Positions 52,305 through 61,155 of a DNA stretch of 64,000 nt are shown piece after piece; the first letter of the stretch is position 1; each line of letters starts with the position of its first letter. A program made the position numbers and the translations under genes. The notes beneath the pieces are model-generated. The model had not been told where the DNA came from and did no database searches. It saw nothing but the letters and a program-made list of their open reading frames with translations. This DNA comes from Takakia lepidozioides. Taxonomy: Eukaryota > Plantae > Bryophyta. The stretch is taken from assembly GCA_030704615.1 (NCBI GenBank), contig CM060733.1, positions 70,308,001-70,372,000 on the forward strand, in the 5' to 3' direction.

Positions 52305-55260
52305 GAAGTCGTGTCGGGGGGTCAGGCCGAAAACTGGCCGACATAAAAACCTTCCCGGATGGAAAAATGGCGCCGAATTTCCATCCGAGGCCGTTCGGAT
52401 GCAGTCGGCTCGGGGGAAAGGCCGCCACCTGGCCCTCACATTACAACCCCCGGACGGAAATTCGGCACCGAATATCCAACAGGGGAAGCCCGGATGAAGT
52501 CGCCTCGGGCGTAGAGGCCGGCGCCTGTTCGACAGAGAACATCCCCTGGATGGAGATTCGGCGCCGAATTTCCATCCGGGGCCCCCCAAAGGAAGTCGTG
52601 TCGGGGGGGGGCAGGCCGAAAACTGGCCAACATAAAAACCTCCCCAGATGGGAAAACGGCGCCGAATTTCCATCCGGGGCCGTTCGGATGCACTCGGGGA
52701 GGGGGGAGAGGCCGGCACCTGGCCGTCACATTTCAACCCCGGGACGGAAATTCGGCACCGAATATCCAACAGGGGACGCCCGGACGAAGTCGCCTCGGGC
52801 GGAGAGGCCGGCACCTGTCCGACAGAGACCATCCCCCGGATGGAAATTCGGCGCCGAATTTCCATTCGGGCCCCCTCAAAGGAAGTCCGGTCGGGTGGTG
52901 AGGCCCAAAACTGGACGATATAAAAACCTCCCAGGATGGAATAACGGCGCCGAATTTCCGTTCGGGGCGGTTCGGATGCAGTCGGGGAGGGGGGAGAGGC
53001 CGGCATCTGGCCGTCACATTTCAACCCCCGGACGGAAATTCGGCACCAATATCCAACAGAGGACGCCCGGACGAAGTCGCCTCGGGCGGAGAGGCCGGCA
53101 CCTGTCCGACAGAGACCATCCCCCGGATGGAAATTTGGCGCCGAATTTCCATCCGGGCCCCCTCAAATGAAGTCCGATCGGGTGGTGAGGCCCAAAACTG
53201 GACGATATAAAAACCTCCCAGGATGGAAAAACGGCGCCGAATTTCCGTCCGAGGCCGTTCGGATTTCCCTCTAACAGTCAACAATTCCATGAAAAACGTG
53301 GACTTCAGCCACAAAACTAACAGTTTAGTTTGTTTTTCTCCGAAAAACCAAGCGGCCACGCTCAGAATTACCTGCAGGAAGGTAATTCGGCGATTCGACT
53401 TACCTGGCGAATGGAAATTTGGCGCCGAATTTCTATCTGCCAGCGATCCGAGTTACCTGCTGGATGGAAATCCGGCGCCGGATTTCCATCCATCCGTCTC
53501 CGAATTACCTGCGTGGCGGAAATTTCGCGCGCCGCCCTACCTGGCAGGATGGAAATCCGGCGCCGAATTTCCATCCATCCGCTCTCCGACCAACCTGGCG
53601 GATGGAAATCCGGCGCCGGATTTCCATCCATCCGTCTCCGAATTACCTGCGTGACAGAAAATCGCGTGCCGCCCTACCTAGGCAGGATGGAAATCCTGCG
53701 CCGGATTTCCATCCATCCGGCTCCGAATTACCTGCGTGGCGGAAATTTCGCGCACCGCCCTACCTGGCAGGATGGAAATCCGGCGCCGAATTTCCATCCA
53801 TCCGCTCTCCGACCAACCTGGCGGATGGCAATCCGGCGCCGGATTTCCATCCATCCGTCTCCGAATTACCTGCGTGACGGAAAATTCGCGCGCCGCCCTA
53901 CCTAGGCAGGATGGAAATCCTGCGCCGGATTTCCATCCGTCCAGCTCCGAATTACCTGCGTGACGGAAATTTCGCGCGCCGCCCTAGCTGGCAGGATGGA
54001 AATCCGGCGCCGGATTTCCATCCGTCCGGCTCTGAATTACCTGGGTGACGGAAATTTCGCGCGCCGCCCTAGCTGGCAGGATGGAAATCCGGCGCCGGAT
54101 TTCCATCCGTCCGGCTCTGAATTACCTGGGTGACGGAAATTTCGCGCGCCCCCCTACCTGGCAGGATGGAAATCCGGCGCCGGATTTCCATCCCTCCGGC
54201 TCTGAATTACCTGCGTGGCGGAAATTTCGCGCGCCGCACTACCTGGCAGGATGGAAATCCGGCGCCGGATTTCCATCCATCCGACTCAGAATTACCTGCG
54301 TGGCGGAAATTTCGCGCGCCGCCGTTCCTGGCAGGATTGTAATCCGGCGCCGGATTTCCATCCATCCGGCTCCGAGTTACCTGCGTGACGGAAATTTCGC
54401 GCACCGCCCTCTCTGGCAGGATAGAAATTCGGCACTGAATTTCCATCCTACTGCGCTCCGAATTACCTGCATGACGGAAATTTTGCGCGCCGCCGTACCT
54501 GGCGGATGGAAATCCGTCGCCGGATTTCCATCCATCCGCGCTCCGAATTACCTGCAGGATGGAAATCCGGCGCCGGAATTCTATTCTGCTGCGCTCCGAA
54601 TTACCTCTACGTTGGAAATTCCGGGCCGAGTTGCGTCATATTTCATCCGACAGGGAGGGCTTCATCCGATATTTAATTGCGTAGTTGGGCATTAAATGTC
54701 CACCGCCGTCCGTTTTTATTCGGGCTGGCGACACATGGCTTCCTCGATACGTACCCTAAATCTGATGTTAATCTTGGATTAACTTCTATTCGAGGCATGT
54801 ACCCCAAAAAACTGAGATCTTTTTCCATTTTGGCTGGGACTTATGCCGCCTGAAGGGTGTGGCTCTCCTGAGAGAGACCTCACATCCAGAACGCGGCGGA
54901 AGTTGAAAGCTTTGTACTACGGACAACGGCCAATCTCTCGCATGGCCAAACTTAAGCTCCAGCAGGAGATTCCAGTGTCTTGCTCACGACCTGCGCCAAC
55001 TAAAGCTGAGTACTCTCAGGCAAGCCACTTCTGCTTTTGCTTTGTTCGCTTTCGCTTTCGCTTTCGCTTTGTTTTTGCATCTTCATCCTAACATCGCGGG
55101 AAGCGTATGGCTGCATCGCAAAAGCAGCAGCTGTTGCGAAGAATGATCAAGGTCTGAGTGGTTAAAAATTAAGGAAATCCATGTTGAGCTGAGAAGACGA
55201 AGTGCCTTCAAAACATTTCACCTTGTTTTCCCGTCTTATGGAATTCCTGATCATTTGTTC
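52305..55260. repeat. Direct duplication of ~49225-51590 (both arrays, linker, putative terminus and flank) with different unit copy numbers
   Basis: Shared linker (gtggacttcagccacaaaact) and shared post-array sequence (50900-51590 vs 54590-55260). Confidence 0.9.
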
Positions 55261-55610
55261 TCCAATGTGTTGCAGCCTCTGTGGCATACTTCTTCAAGAT
55301 TTCTTCTAATCTTTTCTCATAATTATCGCTCTTCAACTTCTCCTTCCTCTTACTCTTCATTTTCAGCTCTTGCTCTTCTTCCTCATCTGACTCATCCTCA
55401 GAGTCCTCATCATCCATTTTCTCCCTCCTGAGCATTCCCAATTGCTCAATTATGTTCGCTGTTTCAAATGTCTCCTCCACTGTATTATGGGGTAACATAT
55501 CCACTTTCTTTTGCAACTCTGGTCTTAGTCCACTCACAAACCAAGTCTTCTATAAACCTGGTGCTGGTACAGCAGCCAGCTTTTTCATCATCAATTCCAT
55601 TTTTTCCATG
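55259..55610 (-). pseudogene. Displaced, inverted central gag segment of the 43542-48452 element
   Basis: MEKMELMMKKL...KTWFVSGLRPEL fits between ETVEEY (45293) and NMNVQSARMK (46188). Confidence 0.65.
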
Positions 55611-58600
55611 CCAGTTCGAGGTGAAGCCGGGGAGAGGGTAGTACAGATGGGGAGAGTGCTCGAGGTGGTTTCGCCGGTGGCTGACCATGTTGAGGAGGAC
55701 GACAGGGAGCTTTCTGACCAGGACAACATCCTCCCGGACATCCCCAGGCCCCAAACCCGCAGCATACAGGCTGGATTTGGCGGTCCTGGTGGGCTGCCGG
55801 AGAACCCCTCTGCAACAGACGTCATGTCGGAGGCGGATATGAAGTTGGCCGCTGCCAAGATGTTGGAGGCAACCCACAACAACATTGGCAGGGTGCTGGG
55901 GGGCATGGTGTACCCGGCCAAGCTTCGGATTCCCCTTTGCCGCTTGGTGTCATTGCAGGTGGTGAGACCTGCCCTCCCAGGCGATATCGACAAGCTGAAA
56001 TTCTCTTTCCGGGATGGATATCGAATGGGGTCTGCCGCGTTTTACGTTTCCATTGAGAACAACCACGGAGCGACCCGTGCCCACACTTCCGATGAGGTGG
56101 ACAAATGGGGTCCCCATTGGCAAAGGCGAAATGAGGAGTTCGAGAGAACGATTGCTACTGATCCTCTTTTCCAGCACTTGTCCGGTAAGATGTTTTACGT
56201 GTGGGACGGCAATCATCGCCTCCTGGCATGGATGGAGCACATAGCCGAAGCCCACCCCAACGACCTCGATTGGCATTTCGCCGTGGAGTGTGTTGTGCTG
56301 AAGGTTGCGGGGCCCAAAGATCGCAGTATTCTCAAAGCTGCAATGGCGGACATCAACTCGTAAGTTACAACGCCTCTTGCTTTTGGACCCATCCGATTGT
56401 AAGTCATTTCATTGCGAATCCTCATATTTGTTGTAAATTCCCATTTAAAAATTGTTTGATGGAAATGTGGCATTGCAGGGTGACTGAGAATGCCTTCATT
56501 GCCACCAACTTGTCCCATATGCTCTTCCAAGTGAAGGATGTCGGGAAGCAGGGGGTGCAAGAGTTTGCCAATTCGCTCAGTGCCGACCTCCTGCGCAAGT
56601 CGGAGGCAAAGGCAGACAGAACCTGGTATAGGCTGAGCATGGACGCCATGGTGGACTACATATTTCGGGTAAAGCTCCTGACTATTTGTTGAGCTAATCT
56701 GTCTCTCCTCCCCCAATAGAAGAAAAAGTGTTGAGCAGGATCTCTAATCTTATGTGCGCATTCTTGACAGACGAAAATTCAGCAGGATTTGGCACATGCG
56801 CGGAGGTTCTACATGGAGTCAGAGGAGAAGAATCTAACCCTCCCGGCACTCGAATCGTATCTCAAAGCTGTGGAGGCCAGGGCCCGCATAAAGTACAAGT
56901 CGCGGATGGTAAAGTACGTGGCCATAGCTGATCCCGCCCTTGGTGCCGACTTTCTGGTGGAGGTGGGGAAGCACTACTCCCGCGCTCTGAAGCCCACGAT
57001 GACATTGGAGAAGCTCCATCGTCTAGCCACATCCTGTGTGGATGGTGCAGAAAAGGTGATACATTCTTAACCAAATTGTGGTGGCAACAACTCGTTTTTG
57101 TGGTGTTTGGCGCTTACGAATATGCTGGGTGGTTGGAGAGACCCGGTGGCTCCAAATCTGGAATGGTTCCCAAAGTACAAGGGACATGTGGATCTTCCCC
57201 AAACCGGACAAACTGTCTGACCCCACATTCGACATGTGGATGAACCGCATGACATGGTGGTTTCAGGTACTTCCCCATGCTTCGTTTGGCGCTTCTACTC
57301 TTGTAGGGGGTGGATTCATTGTATTTTTTCAGCAATGCGATCTGATGGAGAATCTCCACAGGTGACAACGAATGCGCAAGAGCAACTGGACACACAAGCA
57401 CATTAGTTCAAGATGGAGATTTCTCCTGCAGCAGAGAGCCTACGCGACTATGTGACGAGGTACTTTCTGCTCTACAAAACCGACCTATTCTTTCGGGAGA
57501 TACCACATGCCCGCCGGAGCCACGAGTTCACCGACCAGCCGAACGCAGACAAAGCAGCAATGCGCCTTCTGTACAGGTACATACGCGATGCCTTCCTTTC
57601 AGTCCTTGCATTTTTCGCCGAATTTCCAGATCAGGGCTCCGAAAATGGCTAGGGTGGCTAAGTCCCTAGGGTGGCTGGCCCTGAACTGGAAATTTCGGCG
57701 CCATTTTTCCAGGTCAAGGCTGTATGGGACTTAGCCATTTTTGGGCCGGACCTGTGAAAATGGCGCCGAATTTCCAGTCAGGGCTCCGAAAATGGCTAAG
57801 TCACTAGGGTGGCTGGCCCTGAACTGGAAATTCGGCGCCATTTTTCCAGTTCTGGGCCCTATTGCCGTTCTGGGACTTAGCCATTTTCGGGCCGGACCTG
57901 GGAAAATGGCGCTGAATTTCCAGTCAGGGCTCCGAAAATGGCTAAGTCCCTAGGGTGGCTGGCCCTGAACTGGAAATTCGGCGCCATCCAGTTCTGGGCC
58001 CTATTGCCCTTGTGGGACTTAGCCATTTTCGGGCCGGACCTAGGAAAATGGCGCCGAATTTCCAGTCAGGGCTCCGAAAATGGCTAAGTCCCTAGGGTGG
58101 CTGGCCCTGAACTGGAAATTCGGCGCCATTTTTCCAGTTCTAGGCCCTATTGCCGTTCTGGGACATAGCCATTTTCGGGCCGGACCTAGGAAAATGGCGC
58201 CGAATTTCCAGTCAGGGCTCCGAAAATGGCTAAGTCCCTAGGGTGGCTGGCCCTAAACTGGAAATTCGGCGCCATTTTTCCAGTTCTAGGCCCTATTGCC
58301 GTTCTGGGACTTAGCCATCTTCGGGCCAAACCAGGAAAAATGGCGCCGAATTTCCAGTTCAGGGCTCCCAAGATGGCTAAGTCCCTAGGGTGGCAGTCAC
58401 CGAAAACCGAAATTCGGCGCCATTTTTCCATTTCTAGGCCCACTCAGATCCGCCCCAACCTGGGAAAATGGTGCCGAATTTGCAGTTCAGGGACCTCATT
58501 GTGTTTTTCATGAATGCAGGTACTGCAAGTTTTCCCTTTTGGAGAAAGGTCATCTGTCTTTCGAGCCACCATTCTTCCTGGCATGGAGGAACCCCGGGGC

Positions 58601-60875
58601 TGACTCCATGTACACTGACGATATTGTGAAGGAGTGGCATCTGGAACATTTGCGTGATTGCCCTTGGTATGTGGACCTTCCGCCCGGCTCGCTTGACCCA
58701 TCCAAGTTTCAATTGAAGCTGGATGCTGAGGCCCGACGAAACCGGGCTCCGCTGCCTCCGTTGGGTGCAAAAGAGGCAAAAGCGCTTGCGAACTCCAGGA
58801 AAGCGGCAGAGCTTGCTCAGGCAGGAATTCAGGAGAAATTGAATGAGAAGAGTAAAGGCCAAAGGAAAAGGACAAGGAAACAGGTGAGTGCAGTAACACC
58901 CAAAAAACAGAAAACCATCGGGGCATCGGAGGAGGCGCAGGAGGGGACCCAAGAGAGTGACTCGAACGACGACTTTGTTCAAGGTCCTGCGACTGCTGTT
59001 GCTGCTACCTAGTCACCGGTCGTCCGGGTTCCCAAGTCAGTTCGGAGTGGGACTGGCTCTGCCAAGAAGTTGGCATTTGAGGGCGAGCCTACACGGTGGT
59101 ATTCGGCGGTGACGTTTACGCACAGGCCAAAGCTAGAACCTCCAACCATCATCCAATGCGTCAATGAGAGCTTCCTTGACGCTTTCGCTGCCAGGGCGAA
59201 GAAGGTGGCACACAACAAGTCTCTGGCGGAGCAGAAGGGGAAAGCCAAGAAGAGGGCTGCCGGTACAGAGCCTAAAGACACCCCTGGTTTTGAAGCCATG
59301 ATGGAATTCTTCACGGCTGTGAGCACGGATTGCAAGAGCACTCGGGGGGGGGGTTTGAGGTGGAGAGAGCTTGCGACATGATTCTCCTCAACATTCCAGA
59401 TGGGGAGCTGCTGGAGGGCCTGGATGGTGTGCCCACCTGGAATAGGTTTACTGAGGACTACTGGAAAGCCGGGTTTGGGCTGGCAGGGATGCTTCTGGAT
59501 GACGGTGGATGTGTGGTTGTCCTTGCCACAAGAGGGAAGACCACAGAGAATGCGGTGGCAAGGTGGACACCGAAAAGTGTCACCCCGGTCCTCCTCAGAA
59601 AATGGTTCTGCATCAATACACAGGGGTTGCGAACAAAGGGCCAAAGTGTAAGTTATCAATCTATTGCATTCACCTCATATTGTGGTGTATCTAAACAAGA
59701 TCCCGGAGTTGATCCCTCTTTTGTTGGATGTGCAGACATTGGTGTTTGAGGCATATTGCTTTGTGAAGAGAGGGTCTACGTTCAAATTCCGCAACGACGG
59801 TCGTCTTGTTGATGCCGCTGTGGACCCTGTTACCTACGATGTCCTCTACAACTATGTGCCCTACTCCAGTATGCCGAAGGACACAAAGACAGGCAAACCG
59901 TGGCGGTACAGCCGGACCCGGAGCCCTGCTTTCATCCAAACCCTCATGGAGACGTGCTCGGATGTCCAAGGGCGGATTTTGGACCTCACATGCGGCACGG
60001 GTAAGCCTTCACGTGCTCAGTTTGTCCCCTGGCCCGATTGCAATTGCATGCCGCAAGCTATTAACCGCCCGCTTTGTTCCTCAGGTGCTTCAATGTGGGC
60101 AGCGACGTTGTCCGACAGGCATGTGTTCGCCTTCGAGCCAGATACTGCCCTCCACAACTCGGAACTTGCAGCGGCTGAACGTCTGCCGAAAGAGGAGGAG
60201 GCATCCTCGGAGGATGAGGAAAAATCCGAGAAGGAGCAGGGGGAGGAACAAGTTGGGATCGAGGCCGAGGAGCCTCCGGTGTACGAGTGAGTGGTCGCAT
60301 TGTAAGTTGCCTCCAGATTTTGTGAGGCACCTCCCTTCGCCCTCTTATTTCATTGAAAACCCTTTCTGCTTCTGCTGGTATTGACATTCTTGAAGTGGAT
60401 TTGTTCTTACTGTAGGATGCCAAGTACGGCAGGAGGGACGTCTACACCGGAGTTCATGGGCAGGAGGACCGTGCCTTTTTTTGCCAGGGGGGATTTCATG
60501 CCTAGTCCAGAAAGGGACTACATCCTTCCTACTTATGCTGCCCGGCTTGCTTCGGTGTCCATTAGGAGGTGTTCCGAACCTAGTCGTGTACAACAGATTT
60601 TAGACGAGGCATGCCTCAAGAAAATGAAGATGAGGGAGGAGGCAGCAGCTATTAGAGCCCGTCGGGCTCATAGATTTGTCTTGGATTATGCTGAGGAAAG
60701 TGGGGGAGAAGAGGCAGAAGATTCCCAGGAGGTGAGGTGGACAGTCCTCCAAGGAGAGGACGGCATTTTTGAGAGGCATACTGCAACCGATGCATCACAG
60801 AGCTCGGAGGATGGGGGGGATGAGGGGGATGAGGAAGAAGGAGGGCCAAGTTCCTCGGAAGGTGTAGGAGAGTAG
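55608..60875 (+). pseudogene. Copy B: 10-exon gene for a ParB/Srx-like domain + permuted amino-DNA-methyltransferase-like domain; exons <=55608-56359, 56479-56668, 56771-57055, 57141-57266, 57362-57576, 58520-59647, 59736-60000, 60085-60286, 60416-60875 (nine listed; true 5' end unresolved)
   Basis: FYVWDGNHRLLAW (56205-56219). CDMILLNIPDG (59372-59404), then RTRSPAFIQTLMETCSDVQGRILDLTCGTG/ASMWAATLSDRHVFAFEPD. In-phase GT-AG introns. Stops at 57404 and 59010, and a frameshift in the G-run at ~59344. The exon count could be nine or more depending on the missing 5' end. Confidence 0.8.
57610..58490. repeat. Intronic tandem array, ~146-bp unit with internal inverted repeats of GGAAATTCGGCGCC
   Basis: tggcgccgaatttccagtcaggg...ccctgaactggaaattcggcgcca recurs at about 57761, 57907, 58049, 58195 and 58341. 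Confidence 0.92.
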
Positions 60876-61155
60876 TTCCCATTCCTGCTATGACAGTTAG
60901 GACACACTTGTATAGACGTGGCTTGCCACCAAATTTGCAATAAAATGTTACATTTCATTGCTATGACGAGTCCACATGACCCTATTTCCGTGCCTCCTAA
61001 CCCTATTTCCGTGGACACAATTCGGCCCGCTCATGTATTTTTTTTTTCCCGTTCATGCTCATGCCACTCATGAAATAGCAGCCCCCCATGGTGCATGTGA
61101 GCCTTGGTCTGTCGCTATACTGAACCTCGCACTTGCCAACTTCGTGCGGTCTTCG

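Noticed and set aside
49649-54695. Many overlapping ORFs with repeated MEIRRRISI / GWKSGAGFPS peptides
   Set aside because: They are artefacts of stop-poor palindromic tandem repeats that read similarly on both strands.
55452-56363. Bacterial contamination or a recent horizontal insert, suggested by the ParB/MTase motifs
   Set aside because: The gene has multiple in-phase spliceosomal introns conserved between paralogues and is contiguous with plant sequence. The ORF-track start at 55452 is antisense gag and not part of the gene.
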